Source: Chloroflexota bacterium
Lineage (GTDB): Bacteria > Chloroflexota > Dehalococcoidia > DSTF01 > RBG-16-68-14
Length of the DNA: 64,000 nucleotides
Direction of reading: 5' to 3'
Assembly (NCBI GenBank): GCA_022562155.1
Contig: JADFPV010000001.1
Coordinates: 16,508 to 80,507 of the forward strand
The translations under genes were made by a program, and so were the position numbers. The notes under the pieces were generated by a model that was given only the letters and a program-made list of their open reading frames with translations, ran no database searches and was not told the origin of the DNA. This document shows positions 9,144 to 17,800 of this stretch, piece after piece. How positions within the stretch are numbered: the stretch's first letter is position 1; each line of letters begins with the position of its first letter.

Positions 9144-9224
9144 TCGTGTACGGTAAGGCAGCCAGCAAAGTCCAAGCTTACCCGCAGGATAAGCCGTTCC
9201 GCAAAGCTGAGCCTACGCCTCAGC

Positions 9225-9277
9225 CTGTCACTCTGAGCGAAGCTGCCTGCCCTGAGCGGAGCCGAAGGGAAGAGGCT
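9225..9277. repeat. ctgtcactctgagcgNagc-gaagag repeat with a nested 25-bp element (9244-9268)
   Basis: Compared with the uninterrupted copy at 62025-62052. Confidence 0.75.
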
Positions 9278-9336
9278 AATCCGCCTCGCCGACACGCTGG
9301 CAAACCAGCAGCACGACTCGCCGGCAGGTCCCCTCT

Positions 9337-9383
9337 CCCGGCGTTTATCCGCCGTTGGCGGAGGAGAAGGTGGCCCTACCGCA
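9337..9383. repeat. Right copy of the 47-bp direct repeat
   Basis: cccggcgtttatccgccgttggcggaggagaaggtggccctaccgca. Confidence 0.8.
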
Positions 9384-9461
9384 AAGCGGGAGGGCCGGGT
9401 GAGCGCACCACGGCCAGCTCGCCGAGGTGGGCGGGACGGCGAGGACAGTGCGGATTGTGGG

Positions 9462-10298
9462 TCAGGCCTGCTTCAAACCCCGGGCCTTGATGAGGTCTTC
9501 AACCGTCTCGACCACAGTGGAAGCCTTGTAGACGACTCCCAGATCTATCATCTCTCTCGTCTTCACAAATGGTACCTGCGCCGTAGGGATTGACCTAAAA
9601 CCAATCTCTCCTTCATCTTCCCTATATGCGACTTGGCCGACCAGCCCGAGAAAGATGATCCTACTTCCCACCACGAGGCCCTTCATGGTCGAGTAACTGC
9701 CAACGTTGTGGATGAAGACTGGGCTTCCGCTTGAGCCCGGAAAGACCGATGCATCTATCAAAAAGACTGGTTCGCCGTTGTAATCGAGAGCCAGCGGCGT
9801 TGCGGTTGTCCCTCTTCGCATGATCGGCGTAAGGTTCTTGGTATCTAACAGACCGTTCGGATAGCCGACGAAAACCACCTCTTCCAGTGCATCTAGTTCC
9901 TCGATCTGCTCTTCTGTCGGAATCCAGTCGCTTGGGACGAACCTGAAGAAAATCTGCTTCTTCAGCTCCCTGATCTTCGTGATGAGGGGGCCCAAGGGCA
10001 TCACTGCTACGTCGACCTCGTCCCGGGGATGCCCGTGCCACTGTGAGGCGGCATCTTCAATTGTGAACCCGACGGCCTTCCCGATTACGGGTTCCTTGCC
10101 ATCGCTCGCTGTAAAGAAGAAACGAGCGGTCTCCGCGCGCTCCACTACGTGTTTGTTGGTCACAAGTACCGGTACGGCGGCGTCATCCTTGAGATAGTTG
10201 AATACGAACGTCGTAGCGGTACCAGCCCCAGTCGGGCCAACGGTCTCAAGCCGTACGGTACTGAAGAGAAGCTGTTGCGCTAGAGTTTCGACCTTCAT
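9462..10298 (-). CDS. Trypsin-like serine peptidase, no signal peptide
   Basis: Catalytic triad motifs VTNKHVV, VDVAV and FPGSSGSPV. Confidence 0.85.
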   Translation of the reverse strand: MKVETLAQQLLFSTVRLETVGPTGAGTATTFVFNYLKDDAAVPVLVTNKHVVERAETARFFFTASDGKEPVIGKAVGFTIEDAASQWHGHPRDEVDVAVMPLGPLITKIRELKKQIFFRFVPSDWIPTEEQIEELDALEEVVFVGYPNGLLDTKNLTPIMRRGTTATPLALDYNGEPVFLIDASVFPGSSGSPVFIHNVGSYSTMKGLVVGSRIIFLGLVGQVAYREDEGEIGFRSIPTAQVPFVKTREMIDLGVVYKASTVVETVEDLIKARGLKQA

Positions 10299-10313
10299 CT
10301 CTCGGTTGCGAGG

Positions 10314-10547
10314 CTACCTTGGCTCATAGCGAAGGGGCCGACCTTCAGCCCTAAACAGGTGCGGATACTTCCTTACTCGGGCACTGATCTGACTAGGAGG
10401 AGGGTAGTCGCCGTCGTGGCGAACGTAAAGGCCACGCCGCTCGATCTCGGCTGAGATCTCTCGCGCAGGTAGCTGGCGCCCTACCCTACGCAGGACGTCT
10501 AGTATCGCTTCGTGGAGCGTGACCTGCTCAGGCGTGCGATTCGGCAC
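10314..10547 (-). CDS. Small winged-helix (HARE-HTH-like) protein
   Basis: GTG start after GGGAGAG; TLHEAILDVL...AREISAEIERRGLY...QISARVRKYPHLF. Confidence 0.6.
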   Translation of the reverse strand: MPNRTPEQVTLHEAILDVLRRVGRQLPAREISAEIERRGLYVRHDGDYPPPSQISARVRKYPHLFRAEGRPLRYEPR

Positions 10548-10983
10548 TGGTACTCTCCCGGCTCTCGGTCCGCCACCTGACCCTAAGCGCTCTCGCTTCT
10601 GGCTTCTACTATCGCAACCCACCCGCTATCCTAGCACCTCGCCCACCGTATGCTCCGTCGGAGCGAACCGCTCCGGCTCGCTGGCGATCGTGACCACCGC
10701 AGCCGCCACCTTCTCCTGGCTGGCGGACGCGATCTGCAGGCCAGGACGCCACCATCCTCTTCAGGCTCTCGCTGCTAGCTGTTACGCTCGACAGGCCATC
10801 GTCCAAGTTACCCAACGGGTAGCCGGGTACCTTACCAACTAAATCGCACCGGCGTCGCGAAAAACAACGTGAATCTACCACCGGATTCAATCAACCAAAA
10901 CCGTCTAAAACGGCCTCGACTCGAATCTGACCGGTTTCCAAAACCGCGATTTTAATCAAACAATCAAAACGGCCAGATCAGTC

Positions 10984-11047
10984 GTAGGGGCGCTGCTCGC
11001 CGCGCCCTGCAGAAGCGAAGCTTCTGCCAAGCTGACCGCAGGTCAGC
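10984..11047. repeat. GTAG REP followed by a hairpin-repeat copy
   Basis: gtaggggcgctgctcgccgcgccct + gcagaagcgaagcttctgccaagctgaccgcaggtcagc. Confidence 0.8.
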
Positions 11048-11666
11048 CGCCCGGCCGACGCAGTGCCTCGCCCGACTTGCTCGCTGCGAACGTCTCCGGG
11101 TCGAGCTGCAGCCCGAGGCCGTCGGCCATGCGCGTCAGGTAGTTGAACACCCCGACGATGTGCGCCACTTCCAGGCACTGCTCATCGTCAAACCCGAGGT
11201 CACGGAGCGGTTGCCAGTCCTCCTCCACCATCCGCGTCGGCGTCGCGCTCATCTTGTGCGCCACCTCGCATAGCGCCCGGTCTTTGGGAGACAGCTCAAG
11301 CTCCTGCCAGCGGTGCTCCTCAATCGCCTTCACCAGCTCATCGTCGCCGCCTTCAGTACGCAGAAACTCTGCGTGGGAGACCGTTCAGTAGTGGCAGTCC
11401 TGGCCCGCCGATGTCACAGCGGCCACCATCTCCCGCTCGCGACGGTTCAACGTGCCATCCTCGCTGAACATGATCTCGGAGAACAACTGTCCAAACTTGG
11501 CCCCGATGCGGCCGTGCGCCATGATCAGCCGCGCCATCGCCGGGAAGAAGCTGGTGAAGTCGTAAGGGTGGACCGGAGCCTCGCGGTCTTTGGGCGCGCC
11601 CGCCATCAGCTCTTCGCTTGTCGGTATCTTCACCCAGGCGTCAGTCGTCTTCTTCTCGGTCACCAT
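11043..11666 (-). CDS. AhpD/carboxymuconolactone decarboxylase-like peroxidase-related protein, probable selenoprotein (UGA at 11385-11387)
   Basis: Two track ORFs in one frame joined by TGA: REREMVAAVTSAGQDCHY-U-TVSHAEFLR...GVFNYLTRMADGLG. Confidence 0.85.
11358..11374 (-). promoter_or_regulatory. Candidate bacterial SECIS hairpin
   Basis: ACGCAGA-GUU-UCUGCGU perfect stem-loop starting 10 nt after the in-frame UGA, with G in the loop. Confidence 0.6.
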
Positions 11667-11721
11667 GGCGGCCTCCTCGAGCCTACTGATATCTGGGCCA
11701 GTATATCAGGGAGATAGCCGG

Positions 11722-12303
11722 CTACGGCAGCAAGTCGTACCGCGACACGATCTCGCCGATCTCCTCGAAATCGCGCAAGACCGTCCTGTAAATCTCCGTG
11801 TAATGACTCTCGAAACGGGCCTCCATGACGCGGCGCGCTTCCTCCGGCCCGACGACTTCGATCATCGACCAGTATTCCAGGTAGCAGACCAGGTAGTGCA
11901 GATACGACGAGCCCTTGTCCCCGGCGCCCTCCGGAAACGCGATTGGGGGATCCGGGTACCGTGACCTTAGGTCCCCCAGAGCGCGACGCGCCTTGCGGTA
12001 GCGCCGCCAGGTGAACCAGTGGAGCTGCTCGTGCAGATACGTGCTCAAGGCGAGTGAATCGTCGTCGGGATGGAGCGTGTTCACCGTGAGGACTGGATGG
12101 CTATGTGCGATCACACCCTGCTCGATGCGCACTCGATTCGTGAACTGCCATCTGCGGAGATTGTATAGATCGAGTAGTCGGAGCAGTTGGTCTCGGGCAC
12201 GGCCCTCGCGCTCTGTGCCATTGGCCAGGGAAATACTCAGCGGTCGCGTCGGGTCCTCGGGGAGTAGAGAACGCGGCCAGTCGATAAGGTCGCGGAGGCG
12301 CAT
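11722..12303 (-). CDS. Hypothetical protein with HExxH zincin-like motif
   Basis: IAHSHPVLT, YLHEQLHW, YLHYLVCYLEY. Confidence 0.65.
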   Translation of the reverse strand: MRLRDLIDWPRSLLPEDPTRPLSISLANGTEREGRARDQLLRLLDLYNLRRWQFTNRVRIEQGVIAHSHPVLTVNTLHPDDDSLALSTYLHEQLHWFTWRRYRKARRALGDLRSRYPDPPIAFPEGAGDKGSSYLHYLVCYLEYWSMIEVVGPEEARRVMEARFESHYTEIYRTVLRDFEEIGEIVSRYDLLP

Positions 12304-12354
12304 GGTGCCTGCCAGTATAGCCGAAGCTAGCCTCTGGCTAGCCCCAGCCCCTAC

Positions 12355-13347
12355 CTAGCCGAACACGTCCTGATCGACGCCGTCCAGCGACGTCAGGTTG
12401 CCCCAGAGGTATGGCTGGTCGAGCGAATAGCCCTGGCAGGCGCGGCCCAGCTCGTATAGCGTCTCCCAGACAAGGCGGATCAACCGCAGCGGGAGAAGCG
12501 CCTGCCGCTCCTCGCTCAGGATCTCGCCGCCGCAGTCGACGTACAGCTCGACGAACTCGCGCGCGGCTGCTGGGTCGAACTCGTAGCCGAGTTCGCCGCG
12601 GCCAAACGAACACGCGGCATCGACGACTTCGATCGCGCGCCAATCGACCGCGCACTCGTCCCAGTCCACAATGCCGACGATGCGGCCATCGCGCTCGATC
12701 AGGTTCCCTTCCCAGTAATCGTTGTGGATCGGCATCGTTGGTAGGCCGCGCCTGGCGAGCTGATCCAACGCGTCTGGGAGCACGACCACCTCGCCGATCA
12801 GACGTCGATGCAGCCCGGCGGCATCAGTGCCGCCTAGCTCATCCAGGTCGTGCTCCTCCAAGTAGCGCTCGATATCGTGCCACGACCACCAGCGAGTTTG
12901 CTCCCAGTCCAGGTCGCCTCGAGCTGGAAAGCCGGGACGTGGTGCGGGCGTCTCGATAGACGCCGCCACGCTGTGTAGCCGCGCCAGCATCTCAGCCCCC
13001 GCCCGGCGATGCTGCGGGTTTTGGCGGTCCGGCTTCTCGCCTTCGACGAATGTCGTCAGCACCGCGACGCGCCCGCCCTCGGCGGCTTGTAGCTCGCCGC
13101 GGTCAGTTCGTATTGCGGCCGGCACCTCCGGCAAGCGTTCCGCGAATGGCGCTACCAGCTCTAACTCAGAGGCCACGTCTTCCGGCGAGACATCCGGCGT
13201 GTAGATTCGCAGCGCATACGGCCCGCCGTCCGCATCGATGCGATAGACGTCCTTTAGCTCACCGCCGCCCAGGCGCGCGAACTCGTTCGCGTCGTGAAGC
13301 TCGCCCCAGTGCCGAGAGAACCCTCGGGCTAGTTCGGAGGCCTTCAT
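12355..13347 (-). CDS. APH/homoserine kinase type II-like phosphotransferase
   Basis: LARLH, IHNDYWEGNL and IVDWD motifs; start moved to MKASEL because the longer ORF overlaps nadA. Confidence 0.85.
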   Translation of the reverse strand: MKASELARGFSRHWGELHDANEFARLGGGELKDVYRIDADGGPYALRIYTPDVSPEDVASELELVAPFAERLPEVPAAIRTDRGELQAAEGGRVAVLTTFVEGEKPDRQNPQHRRAGAEMLARLHSVAASIETPAPRPGFPARGDLDWEQTRWWSWHDIERYLEEHDLDELGGTDAAGLHRRLIGEVVVLPDALDQLARRGLPTMPIHNDYWEGNLIERDGRIVGIVDWDECAVDWRAIEVVDAACSFGRGELGYEFDPAAAREFVELYVDCGGEILSEERQALLPLRLIRLVWETLYELGRACQGYSLDQPYLWGNLTSLDGVDQDVFG

Positions 13348-13366
13348 CAGGACTGCATAATAGCCA

Positions 13367-13394
13367 AAGGGCCGGAAATCGAAATCCGGCCCTT
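13367..13394 (-). terminator. Hairpin after nadA, probable intrinsic terminator
   Basis: aagggccgga...tccggccctt 10-bp stem; short U tract. Confidence 0.55.
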
Positions 13395-13421
13395 CTCGCA
13401 GCTTGGTAGGAGGCGTCTTGT

Positions 13422-14624
13422 CTAGATGATTTCCAGCATGCGGTCGAGCGCAACCTTCGCCCAGCGCTTGTCGTCGTCCGGCACCTTGATCTGGTTGACG
13501 ACCTCGCCGTCGGCGAGCGCTTCGATGACCCATGAGAGGTAGGCGGGATGCACGCGGTACATGGTGCTGCACGGGCAGACGACCGGGTCCAGGCAGAACA
13601 CCGTCTTGTCCGGGTTCTCCTTCGCCAGCCTGCTCACCAGGTTGATCTCGGTGCCTATGCCCCAGATGCTGCCCGGTGGCGATTCGCTCACGGAGCGCAC
13701 GATGAACTCAGTCGAGCCGTCGGAGTCGGCCGCCTCAACGACCTCCGCGCGACACTCTGGATGTACGACGACTTGTGCGCCGCGCTCACGGGCCTCGTTG
13801 ATCTGGTCGACAGTGAAGCGCTGATGAACTGAGCAGTGGCCCTGCCACAGCAGCACCCGGCTCCGTTCGAGGTCTTCCTGGGTGGTGCCGCCCAGCGATC
13901 CGAACGGCAGCCTGTAGTTCCAGAGTGGCATCTCGTCGAGCGAAACGCCCATCTTGATGCCGGTGTTTCGTCCCAGGTGCTGGTCTGGGAAGAAGAGGAC
14001 GCGCTTTTTGCGCTCGAATGCCCACTTCAGCACCTTCGGCGCGTTGCTGGACGTGCAGACGGCCCCACCGCGCTCGCCGACGAACGCCTTCAGCGATGCC
14101 GCCGAGTTCATGTAGGTGATCGGCATCGTGTCCTTGGCGACACCGGCCTCCTCTAGTTCGTCCCAGGCAGCGTAGACGTCCTCCGGGTCGGCCATGTCGG
14201 CCATAGAGCAGCCGGCGGCCATGTTCGGCAGGACCACCCTCTGGTGGGGGGCGCTCAGGATGTCTGCGGCCTCCGCCATGAAGTGGACGCCGCAGAAGAC
14301 GATGAACTCCGATTCCTCATGCTCGACCGCCCATTGGGCCAGCTTGAACGAGTCGCCCTTGAAGTCGGCGAACTGGATGATGTCCTCGCGCTGGTAGTGG
14401 TGGCCGAGCACGATTAGGCGCTCGCCCAGCTTCTGCCGGGCGATGCGGATGCGCTCGATGATCTCACGGGGCTCTAGTGCTAGGTACTGCTGAGGGATGT
14501 CCTGCTGCCAGAAACCAAACGACCGCTCCTCTGTCAGGGGAACGGTCTCAGTGCTGTCTGCCTCGCAAGCGATGCCTGGGAGGACGGTCAATTGGCCGGG
14601 CACTGTTTGCGTAATCATTACCAC
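13422..14624 (-). CDS. nadA: Quinolinate synthase A
   Basis: GHHYQR, CGVHFMAE, GCSMADM, PDQHLG, HCSVH, HPEC and CSTM motifs. Confidence 0.95.
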   Translation of the reverse strand: MVMITQTVPGQLTVLPGIACEADSTETVPLTEERSFGFWQQDIPQQYLALEPREIIERIRIARQKLGERLIVLGHHYQREDIIQFADFKGDSFKLAQWAVEHEESEFIVFCGVHFMAEAADILSAPHQRVVLPNMAAGCSMADMADPEDVYAAWDELEEAGVAKDTMPITYMNSAASLKAFVGERGGAVCTSSNAPKVLKWAFERKKRVLFFPDQHLGRNTGIKMGVSLDEMPLWNYRLPFGSLGGTTQEDLERSRVLLWQGHCSVHQRFTVDQINEARERGAQVVVHPECRAEVVEAADSDGSTEFIVRSVSESPPGSIWGIGTEINLVSRLAKENPDKTVFCLDPVVCPCSTMYRVHPAYLSWVIEALADGEVVNQIKVPDDDKRWAKVALDRMLEII

Positions 14625-14631
14625 AAGATAA

Positions 14632-14652
14632 TTAGTGTACTTAGTACACTAA
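14632..14652. promoter_or_regulatory. Perfect 21-bp palindrome, NrtR-type operator
   Basis: TTAGTGTACT-T-AGTACACTAA containing GT-N7-AC, directly upstream of nadA. Confidence 0.8.
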
Positions 14653-14681
14653 ACCCTACCACAACGTCACCGGCTCGTCAA
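14653..14681 (-). promoter_or_regulatory. sigma70-type promoter of nadA
   Basis: TTGACG-17 nt-TAGGGT with TGn extension on the minus strand. Confidence 0.6.
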
Positions 14682-14728
14682 TACCAGGTTTGACATCCGC
14701 GTCAGTGGGGGTATACGCTCGGCACCTG

Positions 14729-16150
14729 ATGAGATGGGCCATCCCATTCGTTTTGCTCCTGGTGGCCTTCGTCGCTTCGTGCGCGGAAAACAGTGGCGAG
14801 GAACCGGCCGGGGATGCGTCAACGCTGTCCGAGATGTCTGCCCAGGGCTGGACGATGCCCGGCTACGATGTGCGGTCCAGCTTCCACAACACGCATGAGG
14901 GCACGGTCTCCGTCGCCAACGTGGGCGACCTGGAAGAGTTCTGGCAAATCGAAGCACCCGTTAACGGCATGGCTGCCGTCGTGGACAACGTCGTCTATGT
15001 GCTGTCGACTGATAGCTTCACCGCGCGGGACGTCGCGACCGGCGAACTGATCTGGGAGAACGAAGACATCCGCGGTACGTCGACGCCTTCGTTCAGCAAC
15101 GCCATGCTCTTCGTGAACGCGGGCAACTCGGTCGTGCACGCGCTCGGCCCTGAGACGGGCGAAGAGCTGTGGCAGGCCGTGGTCGACCCGCACCCAAACG
15201 CGAGCGGGTTCTCATCGCCGGTCGTCTATGGCGATCTCGTCATCGTCGGCAGTTCGTCGGGGGAGGAGGCCGTTGTCGCGGAGAACGCGACCTTCCGAGG
15301 TGCCGTCGTCGCCTTCGATAGAGAGACGGGCGAGGAGGTGTGGCGCTACTACACCGTGGAACCACCCGAGAACGGCGTCGCCGTCTGGTCGTCCGTATCG
15401 ATCGACGCGGAGGCCGGTGTCATCTACGGGACTACGGGCAACAACTACACAGGTCAGGCCGGCGGGACGTCCGACTCCATCTTCGCGCTCGATGTCGAGA
15501 CCGGCGAGCTGCTCTGGCTCACGCAGCTCACCGAGGGAGATCTCTTTACGATCGTCAATCCGCGGAGTGAGGACAGCGACTTCGGGACGAACCCAATTCT
15601 GTTCGACGTGAATGAGCGCAAGCTACTCGGCGCCGGCCAGAAGTCGGGAATGTTCTGGGTGCTCGACCGCGAGACCGGTGAAGTTGTCTGGAGCAGGCAG
15701 GTGAGCGGGGGCAGCGCGCTCATCGGCGGGGTCTTCAACAACGGCGCCTACGATGGCGAGCGCATCATCGTAGCCGGCAACAATGGAGAGAGCGATGGCC
15801 CGGGGAGCGAGCCCGCGACTGGCGAGAGCGAGGCCGGCGCTGCTCGCGGATTTGGTACGTCCGTGCTGATGGCGATGGACCCCGAGGACGGCTCGATTCT
15901 ATGGGAACGGCAGCTGCCAGCCTGGGTCTGGGCGCCGATCACGATCGCGAACGGCGTCGGCTACGTGTCAGCCGAGAGCGAGTTGCAGGCGTTCGACGTG
16001 GCGACCGGCGAGAAGCTGTTCACGTTCCAGACCGGCGGCACGATCACGAGCGGCGCGGCTGTCGTCGATGGTCAGATTTACTTTGGGAGCGGCCTTGCCT
16101 ACTTCACCACGACGCCGAACAACATCTTCCACGCGTTGGCGCTGCCCTAG
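14729..16150 (+). CDS. PQQ-binding-like beta-propeller lipoprotein (polyvinyl-alcohol dehydrogenase-like)
   Basis: Repeated A(L/F)DxxTGExxW motifs; lipobox VASC; TTGACA at 14690. Confidence 0.85.
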   Translation: MRWAIPFVLLLVAFVASCAENSGEEPAGDASTLSEMSAQGWTMPGYDVRSSFHNTHEGTVSVANVGDLEEFWQIEAPVNGMAAVVDNVVYVLSTDSFTARDVATGELIWENEDIRGTSTPSFSNAMLFVNAGNSVVHALGPETGEELWQAVVDPHPNASGFSSPVVYGDLVIVGSSSGEEAVVAENATFRGAVVAFDRETGEEVWRYYTVEPPENGVAVWSSVSIDAEAGVIYGTTGNNYTGQAGGTSDSIFALDVETGELLWLTQLTEGDLFTIVNPRSEDSDFGTNPILFDVNERKLLGAGQKSGMFWVLDRETGEVVWSRQVSGGSALIGGVFNNGAYDGERIIVAGNNGESDGPGSEPATGESEAGAARGFGTSVLMAMDPEDGSILWERQLPAWVWAPITIANGVGYVSAESELQAFDVATGEKLFTFQTGGTITSGAAVVDGQIYFGSGLAYFTTTPNNIFHALALP

Positions 16151-16156
16151 GCCTCG

Positions 16157-17314
16157 CTAACGCGCAGCCAGCATCTGCCGCGCTCGGTCGGCGCGATCGA
16201 GCACGAAGTAGGCGACCTGCGCCCAGCGCTTGATGACCTCCTCGACTGGACGATGCCAACTACGTTCGACCTGCTCCCGACGTTGTTCGTTCAGGATCAG
16301 GTCGAGCGTCTGTGGCACGAGTCCCAAGCGCAACGCGACGGCTGCCGTGAAGCCAAGGCGCACCGCGCGTTCATCGCCGCTCCAGCCGGCGTCGCGCAGG
16401 CCGGCGACGTAACCATCCAGTACGGCATCCTCCAGCGCGTCGGCGTCCTTCATGTCGACGGCCATCCGGCGCAGCGTGGCGATCACCAAGTACGTGATGT
16501 CCCCTGACAGCGGCCCGATGCCCACCAGCTCCCAATCGATGGCGACCGTCTCCTGCGTACCGTCCTCGCGTGAGCGCGAGAAGAGGTTCTCGGTATGCGA
16601 GTCGTTGTGGCAGAGCGTGGTGGGTAGTCGAGCGATCGCATTCTGGAAGGCCCGTCGGTCAGCCCACTGTTGTTTCAGTCGCTCGGCGATTGGCTCCGGG
16701 TAAGCGCGTTTTACGTCAGGATGCTGCCACGTCCTTTCGTCACTGATCAACGCTCCGGCGGCGGCCCACCCACCGCCACCGCCTGCGCCTCCGGGTCTTC
16801 TCAGCAACCAGTCTTGATCTGGGAGCGTGCGCTTCTCCAGATACGCGCCGCCCATCTGGCCAAGATGCCGCGCGGCCAGCCCGTACCGTTCGAGCGGCCA
16901 GCCGTTCTCGTACTCGTCGACGAGGTCTTCCAGCCAGAAGACAAACGTCGAGCCTTTCGTCTCGGTGATGTCGTAGCAACGGACGGCAGTGAGACCGGGT
17001 AGGTCGCTCAGGAGGCCTGACCGAAACGCGAGCGCTTCACGATTCCAGAACCCAGGGTGCGCAGGATTGTCAGTGGCGGTCGGATGGCGGCGAACCACCT
17101 TCAGGATCGCGGACCACGGCCTCGAGTGGCCGCCAACCTCGGCTGAGCCTTTGAACCGAAGGATGCCTCGGTAGTCTGGTAGACCGCTTACGACCGCTAG
17201 CTGTGCGTACTTCCATTCCCCGAGCCGCGCTCGATCGTCACCGAGGATACTGCGGACGACTGGCGTGAGCGCGTGGTCGTCCACCGAGGACGCGATCTCG
17301 TCGACGCTCGGCAC
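16157..17314 (-). CDS. APH/ecdysteroid-kinase-like phosphotransferase
   Basis: WLEDL, TLCHNDSHTENL and AIDWE motifs. Confidence 0.85.
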   Translation of the reverse strand: MPSVDEIASSVDDHALTPVVRSILGDDRARLGEWKYAQLAVVSGLPDYRGILRFKGSAEVGGHSRPWSAILKVVRRHPTATDNPAHPGFWNREALAFRSGLLSDLPGLTAVRCYDITETKGSTFVFWLEDLVDEYENGWPLERYGLAARHLGQMGGAYLEKRTLPDQDWLLRRPGGAGGGGGWAAAGALISDERTWQHPDVKRAYPEPIAERLKQQWADRRAFQNAIARLPTTLCHNDSHTENLFSRSREDGTQETVAIDWELVGIGPLSGDITYLVIATLRRMAVDMKDADALEDAVLDGYVAGLRDAGWSGDERAVRLGFTAAVALRLGLVPQTLDLILNEQRREQVERSWHRPVEEVIKRWAQVAYFVLDRADRARQMLAAR

Positions 17315-17317
17315 GCG

Positions 17318-17800
17318 CTAGCCTTCGCGGTACCACCCGGCCTGGCCGGGCATCTCCTCGACGCCAACGGCCAGCGATGTGATGTTCTTCGCGCCTCGCT
17401 CCTCCAGTAGCGCCCGGATGTGTTCGGCGAACCAGCGCGCGAGCTGCTCCACCGTGCTGTTGTCGATCGGCAGCGCGATCACGTCTGCTTTCGGGAACAC
17501 CCAGCCTTTGGCCTCGTAACGGATCTTCCAGTTTGACTTGCCTTCGTCGATTTTGAGCACCTTGCTGTCGCGCTGCAGTAAAAACTTGTGGTCCAGCTCT
17601 TTACACAGGTCACGCGTGATTTTCTTCAACGCGCCGAAGTCGAAGAGCCAGCCGACGTCGGTCAACTCCCCCTCGACCTCGACGATCACATCGTAGTTGT
17701 GGCCGTGCAGCGGTTCGCAGCTGTTCTCAAACGTCGCGAAGTGGGCGGCCGCAAAGCGCAGCGTGTTTCGTCCGACGGTGACCTTGTAGGGCATACTCAA
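17318..17800 (-). CDS. 6-pyruvoyl-tetrahydropterin synthase / QueD family protein
   Basis: FAAAHF, CEPLHGHNY, DFG, LDHKFL and STVEQLA motifs. Confidence 0.85.
   Translation of the reverse strand: MSMPYKVTVGRNTLRFAAAHFATFENSCEPLHGHNYDVIVEVEGELTDVGWLFDFGALKKITRDLCKELDHKFLLQRDSKVLKIDEGKSNWKIRYEAKGWVFPKADVIALPIDNSTVEQLARWFAEHIRALLEERGAKNITSLAVGVEEMPGQAGWYREG

Noticed and set aside
9140..9490. 116-aa ORF after the methyltransferase
   Set aside because: Runs through repeat elements and has no protein-like features
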